Source: Octopus sinensis | Lineage: Eukaryota | Assembly: GCF_006345805.1 (NCBI RefSeq) | Contig: NC_043004.1 | Span: 103,912,001-103,976,000, forward strand | Length of the DNA stretch: 64,000 nucleotides | Direction of reading: 5' to 3' | Shown here: positions 13,801 through 25,060 of the stretch, piece by piece | Numbering within the stretch: the first letter of the stretch is position 1 | Layout: each line of letters opens with the position of its first letter | Made by a program: the position numbers and the translations under genes | The notes under the pieces: generated by a model | Database searches by the model: none | The model's input: the letters and a program-made list of their open reading frames with translations, nothing else | What the model was told of the DNA's origin: nothing

Positions 13801-13809
<9 letters not shown>
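13083..13809 (+). mobile_element. Direct-repeat (X-Y-X) element with a type I hammerhead in each X; retrozyme- or pseudo-LTR-like
   Basis: 13083-13334 and 13555-13809 are ~252-bp direct repeats, offset about 472 bp, differing only by small indels. Confidence 0.6.
13619..13666 (+). ncRNA. Type I hammerhead ribozyme, near-canonical
   Basis: aggcctg-CTGATGA-t tac gtaa gta t-GAAA-tcactgtga-TA-caggtct. 7-bp stem I, tac/gta stem II with a GTAA loop, atca/tgat stem III, AUA cleavage triplet. The 10.1-11.1 pair is U-U rather than G-C. The copy at 13148-13192 lacks one ctg. Confidence 0.75.
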
Positions 13810-13844
<35 letters not shown>

Positions 13845-14044
13845 CATGTATTTGTGTCTGTGTTTGTCCTCCCACCATCGCTTGACAACCGATGTTGGTG
13901 TGTTTACATCCCCGTAACTTAGCGGTTCGACAAAATAAAATAAGTAATATGCTTACAAAGAATGAGTCCGCGGGTCGATTAGTTGGACTAAAGGCGGTAC
14001 TCCAGCATGGCCGCGGTCAAACGAATGAAACAAGTAAAAGAGTG

Positions 14045-14079
<35 letters not shown>

Positions 14080-14183
14080 GAGGAGAAAGATATAAAAATA
14101 GGAGGAACAAATAAGAATGTATGTTGAAAATATTCAAATATATTTAAGATAATATAAAAATTTTAACAATATAATCAAATATA

Positions 14184-14400
14184 AGACTGCAAGCTGGCAG
14201 AAACGTTAGCACGCCGGGCGAAATGCTTAGCGGTATTTCGCCTGCCGCTACGTTCTGAGCTCAAATTCCGCCGAGGTCGACTTTGCTTTTCATCCTTTCA
14301 GGATCGATAAATTAAGTACCAATTGCGTACTAGGGTCCATCTTATCGACGGCCCCCCTCCCCCAAAATTTCAGGCTTTGTGCCTAGAGTAGAAAAGAATA
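14184..14400 (+). mobile_element. SINE family A2 (A head and Meta-like domain, tail aaatttcaggc.ttgtgcctagagtagaaaag)
   Basis: Same first ~150 bp as A1, different 3' end. Confidence 0.85.
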
Positions 14401-14520
14401 GACTTACCCGCACTTCTGAAATAGTTGACTTTGTCCTAAAATTCGAAACTAATAATATAATCAAATACATACATACATACATACATACATACACACACAC
14501 AAACACACACCACACATATA

Positions 14521-14572
<52 letters not shown>

Positions 14573-14877
14573 TGCTATTACCATTTCAGTCGCGGGTCAT
14601 TCGAACACAAGAGAGCTAAAAAACAACCACGTGGAAACAATTATGAACTTTTTTATTACACTCAACTTGAAATTTATAGCTATTATACCTACTACCGACA
14701 AAACACCACCACATCGATTCTATTGAGACCAGTAAGAAACAATATGAACTTTTCTATTACACTTAACTTTTTGAAAATATTTTTGATAAGGTTCGTTTTT
14801 TCAAGAACCGAAACATGTAAAATTTCTAAGAAAATTAAAATTTATCTAATATAGTGGCGTTTTCAAACTTCTTTTTT

Positions 14878-14921
<44 letters not shown>

Positions 14922-14922
<1 letters not shown>

Positions 14923-15250
14923 GACCCCTTCGGTCATGAATGACCATGGGATTGCACCTAGAAAGTTACCCTCCTAGACACAAGTCTGGGCAAGGTTGTT
15001 TATGGAAGACCAGCAGTCGCCCATGCATACCGGCCTCCCCTCTCCACGCCACCAGTGTTATCCAAGGGAAAGACAAAGGTCGATACAGCTTGGCACCAGT
15101 GACGTCGCAACTCATTTCTACAGCTGAGTGAACTGGAGCAATGTGAAATAAAGTGTTTTGCTCAAGAACACAACACGCAGCCCGGTCCGGATTCGAGCTC
15201 ACAACCTCACGATCGTAAGCTCGACGCTCTAACCACTGAGCCATGCGCCT
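14922..15250 (-). mobile_element. tRNA-derived SINE family C1, full length
   Basis: Minus strand: ggcgcatggctcagtggttagagcg (A box)...gagctcgaatcc (B box)...gtgttcttgagcaaaacac...; ends in (TA)n. Confidence 0.8.
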
Positions 15251-15299
15251 TCACATGCGCCATAGATATATATATATATAATATATATATATACATGCG

Positions 15300-15379
<80 letters not shown>

Positions 15380-15556
15380 GCATATATACATACATATATG
15401 TACATACTTACATGTATATCGCCATACTAATACAATTGTTTGTTTGTTTCCCACCTGCCTTCGTCTTTTGTCTATTTTCATAAAGCTTCCCGTTATATAT
15501 ATATGCATGCATACATACATACATATATATATATGTATGTATATATATAGGTCCAC

Positions 15557-16380
15557 ATATGGGTACAGGACGCCACAAAACGTAATCAACATGGAATACG
15601 AAGGCAAACTTGTTTTTGCGAATAACGAGAGAAACAAATGGTAAACAAGACAAATAACATAAAGAACGACCCTTCATCAGTTGTCGGTTGTTCATTTCGA
15701 GCAATCAACACAATATGAGGCTTCGAAAAACAGTTGCTCCCGCGAACCAAAATGAAATTTGGGATTTGCTGAGGGTCAAAGCTGGTAACAAAAACAGGAC
15801 AGTGGAGACATACAACAAACCAAATATTTGTTTTCTCTCATCCTTTCTCTAATTCATTTTTCTTCCCGTTTCTGTCTCTCTGTCTCTCTCCCTCTTCCTC
15901 CTTTACTCTCTCTCTCTCTCTCTCTCTCGTTGCTCACACGTGAACATTGTCCATCTTTCTTTTCCTTGAGACGCATTCTTCAGACCAGACGCATTCTTAT
16001 CTGTCTCTTCTTCTATCTTTTCTCTTGTCAAAGACAATATTCCTCCAGCGTTCGCTACCTTACCTCGTCGGGGCTAACGGCCCTCCATGTTTGTTTTCGT
16101 TAGGTTTGTTGTTTGTCTCCACTGTCCTGTTTCTGTTACCAACTTTGACCCTACGTAAATCCCAAATTTTATTTTGGTTCGGTGGAGCAACTGCCTTTCC
16201 GGAGCCTCATATTGTCGTTAATTGCTCGAAATGTGGAGTAGATGAACAGCCGACAACTGATGAAGGGTCGTTCTTTATGTTACTTGCCTTGTTTCCCATT
16301 TGTTTCTCTAGTTGTTCGCATACTCAAGTTTGCCTTCGTATTTCATGTTGTTTACGTTTTGTGACGCCCTGTACCCATAT
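15557..16380. repeat. Inverted repeat, arms ~265-280 bp (15557-15821 and 16103-16380), spacer ~280 bp
   Basis: The reverse complement of 16103-16380 aligns along its length with 15557-15821 (e.g. gaacgacccttcatcagttgtcgg versus ccgacaactgatgaagggtcgttc). Confidence 0.85.
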
Positions 16381-16397
16381 ATACATGTATGTGTATA

Positions 16398-16439
<42 letters not shown>

Positions 16440-16500
16440 TATATCATTATATGATTGAAACGTCACGTATTCATTTCCAAGTATATATATATACATATTA

Positions 16501-16896
16501 GGCACAGCGTGGCTGTGTGGTAAGAAGTTTGCTTTCCAACCACATGGTTCCAGGTTCAATCCCACTGCATGGTACCTTGGGTAAGTGTCTTCTACTATAG
16601 CCTCGAGCCCACCAAAGCCTCGTGAGCGAATTTAGTAGACGGAAACTGAAAGAAGCCCGTCGTTTATATATATATATAGAGAGAGAATATGTATATTTTT
16701 GTGTGTCTGCGCTTGTCCTCCCCAACCGATGCTGGAGTGTTTACGTCTCCGTAACGTAGCGGTTCGACAAAAGACACCGATAAAATAAGTACTGGGCTTA
16801 CAAAGAATAAGTCCTGAGGTCGATTTGTTCTACTAAAGGTGGTGCTCCAGCATGACCGCAGTCAAGTGACTGAAACAAGTAAAAGCATAAAAGAAT
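16501..16896 (+). mobile_element. SINE family B, full length
   Basis: A box gtggctgtgtggtaag, B box ggttcaatcc, CORE-like box, tail gaaacaagtaaaagcataaaag. Confidence 0.9.
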
Positions 16897-16957
16897 ACAT
16901 CTACATATATACACATATATGCATATGCATAGATATGTATGTATGTATGTATGTATG

Positions 16958-16991
<34 letters not shown>

Positions 16992-17029
16992 TGTATGTAT
17001 GTATGTATGTATGTATGTATGTATGCTTG

Positions 17030-17250
17030 CGTATGTGTGTGTGGCTTTATGTTGTGTGTCCTCCACCACAGCTTGACAACCGGTGTTGCGTTGTTTACGT
17101 CACCGTAACTTAACAGTCAGGCAAAAGATACCGATAAAAGAAGCACCAGACTTTAAAATATGTACTAGCGTTGATTTGTTTTACTAAACCCTTCAACCCC
17201 AGCATGGCCGAATTTCAACGACCAAACAAGTAATAATAATAATAATAATA
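17030..17250 (+). mobile_element. SINE family B, 3' half
   Basis: gcttgacaaccgg...ccagcatggccg. Confidence 0.7.
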
Positions 17251-17665
17251 ATAAAGGTGTAGACACATACAACAGCACACAGAAGGCAAAAGAAACTGGA
17301 AGGCGCCGATCTTGCAAAAGAAATGTATAAAATGATAAGAATGTCGACATGTTCGGAGCATTTCGGTTCAAAATTCACACGAATACAAACAGGCAGTGCA
17401 AAACACGCCTAAACAATCTGCGAATTACAAGGAAATCCAATACACAAAACCGGATGTACCGGCATAATTTTCATCTTAAACTTCTCAGCTTCAGCAGCGA
17501 TCGAACACAGAAAGGCAACAACAATAACTAACATTCCAAAACACCCACATTATACACAATATAAAACAAACAACAAACTTGATGTAGTGAACTGTAGATA
17601 ATAACAATGGGAAATATATTATACAAAAATGAACAAGATATTGGTTTCAAATTTTGGTACAAGCG

Positions 17666-17844
17666 ATCACACGCTACCCACACGTTACTTCAAAGCACTG
17701 CTGTAAACAGCGGAAGTGTGCTAGAACGTTAAAACTTTGAGCACATGCACAGCAGAGTTCAAGATCAATCTATGCCGGGCGGCTTTACTCTGCGTCCTTT
17801 AGTTTCGTTACTATGGCAACAGTCCGGACTCTTATTGATCAGAC
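17666..17844. mobile_element. Terminal fragment of the mariner family seen at 44522-45367
   Basis: Reverse complement matches 44527-44700 (gtctgatcaataag...gtaacgaa.ctaa..tacg.agagtaaagccg). Confidence 0.75.
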
Positions 17845-17855
17845 GGGAGAATACT

Positions 17856-18250
17856 TTCTACTAAAGGCACAGGGTCTGAAATTTTACGGAAGGGGACTAG
17901 TCGATTACATTGACCCCAGTGTTTCCCTGATACTTAATTTATCGACTCCGAAAGGATGAAGTGCAAAGTCGACTTCAGCGGAACTTGAACTCGGATCGTG
18001 CAGACGGACGAAATGCCGTTAAGCATTTTGTCCGGCGTGTTAACAATTTTAACAGCTCGCCGCCTATATTGCGTTATGCAATCCTTTTTACTCTAGACAC
18101 AAGGCTTGAAATTTGGTGAGAGGGGGCCAGTCGATTAGATCGACCCTAGTACGCAACTGGTACTTAATTTATCGACCCCGAAATGATGAAAGGTAAAGTC
18201 GAACTCGGCGGAATTTGAACTCCGAAAGTAAAGACTGACGATTCTACCAG
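17856..18250 (-). mobile_element. Two adjacent family A2 SINEs
   Basis: Each starts (plus strand) with ttctact..aggcac.agg..tgaaattt and continues through the reverse-complement Meta-like domain. Confidence 0.8.
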
Positions 18251-18283
18251 TTCACTGCCTTAATATGCGATGTATATATATTA

Positions 18284-19156
18284 AGGCGGCGAGCTGGCAG
18301 AAACGTTAGCACGCCGGGTGAAACACTTAGTGGTATTTCGTCTGCGTAACGTTCTGAGTTCAAATTCCGCCGAGGTCGACTTTGCCTTTCATCCTTTCGG
18401 GGTCGATAAATTAAGTACCAGTTACGCACTGGGGTCGATGTAATCGACTTAATACCTATGCCTGTCCTTGTTTGTCCCCTCTGTGTTTAGCCCCTTGTGG
18501 GTAATAAAGAAATAGGTATTTTGTCTGCCGCTACGTTCTGAGTTCAAATTCCGCCGAGGTCGACTTTGCTTTTCATCCTTTCGGGGTCGATAAATTAAGT
18601 ACCAGTTACGCACTGGGGTCGATGTAATCGACTTAATCCGTGTGTATGTCCTTGTTTGTCCCCTATGTGTCTAGCCCCTTGTGGGTAGTAAAGAAATAGG
18701 TATTTTGTCTGCCGTTACGTTGTGAGTTCAAATTCCGCCGAGGTCAACTTTGCATTTCATCCTTCGGGGTCGATAAATTAAGTACCAGTTACACACTGGA
18801 GTCGATGTAATCGACTTAATCCGTTTGTCTGTCCTTGTTTGTCCTCTCTGTGTTTAGCCCCTTGTGGGTAGTAAAGAAATAGGTATTTCGTCTGTCGTTA
18901 CGTTCTGAGTTGAAATTCCGCCGAGGTCGACTTTGCCTTTCATCCTTTCGGGGTCGGTAAATTGAGTACCAGTTGCGCACGGGAGTCGATGTAATAGACT
19001 TAATCCCTTTGTCTGTCTTTGTTTGTCCCCTCTATGTTTAGCCCCTTGTGGGCCCTTGTCGACATCGGCGGAATTTGAACTCAGAACGTAGCGGCAGACG
19101 AAATACCGCTAAGCATTTCACCCGGCGTGCTAACGTTTCTGCCAGCTCGCCGCCTT
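18284..19156. mobile_element. Array of four A1 SINE units (+, period ~184 bp) capped by an inverted A head (-, 19058-19156)
   Basis: Units restart at gtatt(t/c)gtc near 18516, 18700 and 18883. The outer ends read ta-aggcggcgagctggc...gccagctcgccgcct-ta. Confidence 0.9.
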
Positions 19157-19561
19157 ATATGGGGGGAAAATATGGGATTTCTGTGGGATGAATGGCGTAT
19201 CTGTGGGGTAACATAAAATATGAAATTTTGTCAGGGTAGACAAGACTGCTTGGATCCCGGGTAAAGGTTCTCAGGTACTGGGTAGGGGTCCTCTGTACAC
19301 ACAGAATAGGTTGTGTACGTGCACGTGAATTAATATGCACGTATGTTGTGTGTGTGTGTGCATGTGTCCGTGTGTGTATTTGTTCTACATGCGTAGAGAG
19401 TGTGCAGTGAATATATGTAATATGTGTTGTGTGTGTGTGGTGTATGTGGGTGCGTTTGCGTATTGTGTGTGTTTGTGCCTGAGTCCGTGTATGTTTGCGT
19501 GTGTGCATTTGTGTACTCTTTGGACGTTTGAGCGTACATTGTACACATTGTGCGTGTGTTA

Positions 19562-19599
<38 letters not shown>

Positions 19600-19921
19600 T
19601 GTGTTGTGTGTGTGCATGTGTGTGCACGTGTGTGCGTTTACATATTGTCTATCGTGGTTTAAACATGCCTGCCGATTGCAGACAGATATCGACCTCATCC
19701 CATATACCGAGGCAGTTATAATAACAACAGTAGCAGCATGAGCAGCAGCAGCAGCAGCACTGACAGCAGCAGCAGCAGCAGCAACAACAAAAACAACAAA
19801 AACAAACTACTGCAACAGTAGTAACAACAATCGAGAATTAACAGCAAATACAACAACAACAATAATAATAATGTTTATCGCCACCTAGCGAGCTAATTTG
19901 CAACTAATAATAAAAAAACCT

Positions 19922-20590
19922 TCTTACTAAAGGCACAAGGCCTGACATTTTGGAGGAGGGGAATCGTCGCTTTCAACGACCCCAGTACACAACTGGGACT
20001 TAATTTATCGACCCCCACCCCGGCCCCAAGCAAATATTAATGGGCGTAGGAGTGGCTGTGTGGTAAGTTGCTTGCTTACCAACCACATGGTTCCGGGTTC
20101 AGTCCCACTTCGTGGCATCCTTGGGCAAGTGTCTTCTACTAGAGCCTCGGGCCGACCAAAGCCTTGTGAGTGGATTTGGTAGATATGTATGCATGTGTGT
20201 ATATGTTTGCGACCCCAGTGCGCAACTGGTACTTAATTTATCGATCCCGAAAGGATGAAAGGCAAAGTCGACCGCGGCGGAATTTGAACTCAGAACGTAG
20301 CGACGGACAAAATAAGGCTAAGCATTTCGTCAAGTTTGCTAACGATTCTGCCAGCTCGCCGCCTTTACAACAGCAAAAATAGTAACAATGATAATAATCT
20401 TTTCTACTGTAGGCACAAGACCCGAAATTTTGGGGGAGGGGCCAGTCGATTATATCGACCCCAGTGTTTCACTGGTACTTAATTTATCGACCCTGAGAGG
20501 ATAAAAGACAAAGTCGACCTCGGCGGAATTTGAACTCAGAACTGCTGAGTATTTCGTCCAGTGTGCTAACGATTCTGCCAGCTCGCAGCC
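19922..20590. mobile_element. Cluster of SINE fragments: A2 (-) 19922-20010, B head (+) 20043-20185, A (-) 20215-20365, A2 (-) 20399-20590
   Basis: Recognised by the same diagnostic motifs as other copies. Confidence 0.75.
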
Positions 20591-20607
20591 ATAACAACAA
20601 CAACAAC

Positions 20608-20644
<37 letters not shown>

Positions 20645-21341
20645 GTGATGATGACGACAACGACGACGATGATGATGATGATGATAAAGTACAAAATTAA
20701 TAAGCTAAGTAATAACAATAATGACAACAATAACGAACTATAACAATAATGAAAACCAATAATACTAAAAAGAACAACAATAACATTAATAACAATCACA
20801 ACAACAAAAAAAACAACAACGAATATTACAACAATGACAACAATAACGAAAACAATAATAGAAATAAGAGGAACGACAACAACAACAACAACGATAGCAG
20901 TAACAGTAACAAGTATAACAACAACAACAACAAGGACAACAACAACAACAACAACAACAAAAACAATCAACTGCAATTATAATAGCAACGACAAAAGCTG
21001 GAAGGAAAACATGGACAGCAGTAACGACAAATACAACAACAACAAGAATAACAATGCAATAATTAACAATAACAACAACAACAACAATAATAACCACGGC
21101 AATAACAGCAACACAACAACAACAACAACAACAGAACCACGTTGTCGCTTGTTTAATAATGGCGCTTAACGCTGTCACGATCGTCAGTATCATATCATCA
21201 TCATCGTGTCATCATCATCGTCTTCATCATCATCATCATCATCATCATCATCGTCATCGTGTCATCATCATCGTCATCACCGTCATCATCATAATCATCG
21301 TCATCGTCATCATCATTATCATCGTCATCGTCATCATCATT

Positions 21342-21382
<41 letters not shown>

Positions 21383-21755
21383 TATCATCATCATCGTCGT
21401 CGTCGTCATTCTCATCGTCATCATCATCATCATCAACTATTACAACAACAATAACAACTGCATTACTAGTAAGCATTGCATTACCACCACCACCACCACC
21501 ACTATCACCACCACCACCACCACTATCACCACCACCACCACCACCACCGCAGCCGCTCACGTAACACAGATCAACAACTTATCCGACAACAACAACAATA
21601 GCAACAAATATCAATAATAAGCAATAACACAACCAACAACAACAACAACATCGTTAACAATATTACCAACAATGATAACAACAACAGCAACAATGATTAC
21701 ATAAACATCAATAACAACCATCACCACCACCATCCACAACACAAACTGCACCAGC

Positions 21756-21791
<36 letters not shown>

Positions 21792-22947
21792 CACCACCAC
21801 CACCACCTCTACTACTAAAACCAGAATAACTACTATTACCACCACCACCACTACTACTAATACTACTACTACCAATACTACTACTACCACCACCACCACC
21901 ACCACCACCTCTACTACTACTACTAAGACCAGAATAACTACTATTACTACTACTACTAATACTACTATTACCACCGACGCCACCACCACTACTACTACTA
22001 CTAATACTACTACTACTAAGACCAGAATAACTACTACTACTACTAGCAATTACTACTACTACTAGAAATAGCAGCCAAATCTCCACCATATCACCCACCA
22101 CCACCACCACCACCACCACCACCACGCGCACATGCTGTTTTAAAAAATATACGAAGGACTTATTGGATGGTTTGAGATTAATTAAGAAGCTGTGAACAAA
22201 AAAGACGAGATGGTCACGACCGGAAATCCGTTTATCCTGAGGCAACATGGAGTCAAAGCAGCAGCAACAACAACAACAACAGCAACAAGGAGCCGCTCTG
22301 TATTGTTGCTCCAGTTGGGGTCACAACAATAAAAGACAGGATGGTCGCGTCCGGAAAGCCTTTTGTCATAGGTGTTCAGTCAGAGACATGGTGTTAAAGC
22401 AACAACGAGGTCTTATATTGTCGCTCGACTTGCGAGAAATAGCAACCAAATGTCCCTCGGCTCTCCGAAAGAACACATGGGATAGTGTGGTCGGTCTGGG
22501 ACATGCTGTCTGAAATTATATAGGGTTGATCACGGCTGGCGCGTCTTTGACAATAGATTTGCTCAGTCGGAGCAGTCAGACGGCTAAACATCATCATCAT
22601 CATCAACAACAACAATAACAACAACGACAGCAACAACATCAACACCATCGGGGGTCCTCTAGGCGGTTACACGACCCGCTAGAAATAGCAGTCAAATGAG
22701 CCCCAAATTGTACGCTAGAAGGATATATTGGATAATAACAGCAGCAACAAGAACAACAACAACAACAGTAACAACTAATAACAACAATAATTATAATAAT
22801 GGCCACGTCTGGAATGCCTTTGATCATAAATCGGCTGAGTCAAGGCTTTACCTAGGGTTAAAAAAAAACAATAACAACGACAGCATCACGTCCAACAAAC
22901 AGTACAAGCGATCGATCACAACCATCACCACCACCACCATCACCACA

Positions 22948-22981
<34 letters not shown>

Positions 22982-24537
22982 TTGCCACCAAAACCATCAC
23001 CACTATCATCATCGACTGCTACTATTAGCAACACTGCCACCATTTCTACCACCATAACCACCACCACCACCACAACTATAACAATAGCAACAACAACAAC
23101 AACTATCACCAAGGCCACCAGACTCTACCCGCATCGTCACAACCATTGCCACCACCTCTACCACCACTACAATTGTGATCAATACCACCACCACTACCAC
23201 ATCCACGACCACGACCACGATGACGACGGCGACCACCACCACCACCGCTACCATCATCACATCAGCACCTCATCATCAACATCATCATCACCACCCCAAC
23301 CCTTTCCCCACCCCCATCATCATCATCATCATCATCATCTGTAACCAACACCAAAAATAACAAACATCGACAACGATGGATTTCCCACCCTGCCCTACCA
23401 GTCCCACTTTTTGTTACAAGTCGTAACGACCTGACCATTACGGCGTGTGGGGGTGAAGGTGGGGGAGAGGGATAGGGGAAGCTGTTATCTGTGATGTGTG
23501 TTGTCATGGATACTGCTTTCTATGCTAGTGTCATCCCCTACCCTTTTTTCTCTCTCTCTCTCCCTCTACTTTCACTTTCGTTCTTTCATTACCTTCCCAT
23601 CCCCACTTCCACTAATAACAAAACCGCAAACATTGAATAAATGAAAGAACCACTAAACGGTCACTTCTTATGCTAGAAATAGCAGTCAAAACTCCCAAGA
23701 ATCGTCTTAAAAAAGAAAGGATAGGACTGATACAAGTGGTCTTGGATTCCTTACGCATGGGAAAGAGTTTGGGGTGGCCAGGACGAATGGAATGTTATTG
23801 TTATCATCGTCATAATCACCAGCATCAACCTCGTCGTCATCCTGGTGGTGGTGATGGTGGTCATCATCATCATCATCATCCTCATCATCATCATCATCAT
23901 CATTATCGTCGTCGTCGTCGTTGATGCGGCCGTCATTGTCATCGTCATCGTAGATGATGTCGTCGTCATCGTCATGACCGTTCATCATCGTCGTCATCGT
24001 TGTCGTCGTCTTCGCTATCCTCCTCCTCCTCCTCCTCCTCCTCCTCATCATCATCATCACCATCATCATCCATTATTCTAATCAACAGCCACGACCTGCT
24101 TGACCCTTTCTTGGGGGTTGCGGTGGTGGTTGTGGCGGTCGTGGTGTTTGCTTTGCACGATCAAGGCCTGACAATGGACCAAACAACCACAAAACAACAG
24201 ACTGCAAGCAGCAAAGGCGTCACCACCACCACCACCACCACCACCACCGCCGCCGCCGCCGCCGCCGCCACTGCACCCACTACCAACCATAACTATCACC
24301 ATCACCAGCGTCCTTACCACCACCAGCCTAAACTACCGCATGTACCACTACGAAACAGCGAGACGTATCACAACCGATACTACTATCTCTGCCACCACTT
24401 CTACCAACATCCCAATCACTGCTACCACCACTGATAGTACCACAACCATGGAGCCAACGAGGTGACCCATATGTGGTATCCTGTCTTAAAACGACCGTCA
24501 AATTTCTCTCAAATAACACCGTACAAATAACACAATG

Positions 24538-24656
24538 TGGAGGCGCAATGGCCCAGTGGTTAGGGCAGCTGACTCGCGGTCATAGGATCGCGGTTTCGAT
24601 TCCTAGACCGGGCGTTGTGAGTGTTTATTGAGCGAAAACACCTAAAAAGCTCCACA
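24538..24656 (+). mobile_element. tRNA-derived SINE family C2, head
   Basis: ggaggcgcaatggcccagtggttagg (A box)...ggtttcgattcc (B box)...gagcgaaaacacctaaaaagctccac; same family as 30170-30450. Confidence 0.75.
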
Positions 24657-24749
24657 CCAAATCCCCCTCAAAGCGAACTTTGCTGTGTTAATTAAGGAAT
24701 AGTACATTTGATATAGGTAGTGGGTAGCGATTTTCTTCACTACTTCAGG

Positions 24750-25060
24750 GAGTGACGACCCTGCCTGACACGAGTCTCGGGCTCAGCTGGCTCCGGCTGA
24801 GGGTACCCGGTATGGGCTCCTATCCAGGGTTACGGAAAGGAGACAACCTTCAAATAAATCTGGAGTGGAGCCCCGTAGGTGGTTTAGTGTTCGACTCGAC
24901 ACTCTTCGGGCAGCTCCTGCAACCAAGCTGGTGCCAAACGTAATGCTCTGCAATTCTTTGGACTACGTCAGCAAGGTCGAGAGAGTAATCTTGACGATTG
25001 GGATACCCAGGGTTTTCTTACATCTAGCCCAGGCCTGCGCAAAACTGGAGAGGACCTGAA
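24750..25060 (+). mobile_element. Probable RTE-type LINE 5' UTR fragment
   Basis: gcagctcctgcaaccaagctggtgccaaacgta..gctctgc...tttggactac.tcagc resembles RTE 5' UTRs as recalled; it begins with a partial HDV-like fold (see findings). Confidence 0.35.

Larger units (their letters stand above)
12917..14044 (+). mobile_element. SINE family B with a ~730-bp insert in its internal (TA)n
   Basis: 5'-truncated head 12917-13032, (TA)n, insert 13083-13809, (TA)n, then the normal B 3' half 13845-14044 ending gaaacaagtaaaagag. Confidence 0.85.

Noticed and set aside
16255-16290. Hammerhead at ctgatgaagggtcgttc (also 15670 on the minus strand)
   Set aside because: No downstream GAAA, stem III or UH could be found.
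18284-19052. CRISPR-like or regularly spaced repeat array
   Set aside because: The units are whole SINE bodies with no unique spacers, and the context is eukaryotic.
24540-24615. tRNA gene
   Set aside because: It has A and B boxes but no closing acceptor stem, and it continues into a SINE body shared with 30170-30450. The same applies to 15175-15250 and 39520-39590.
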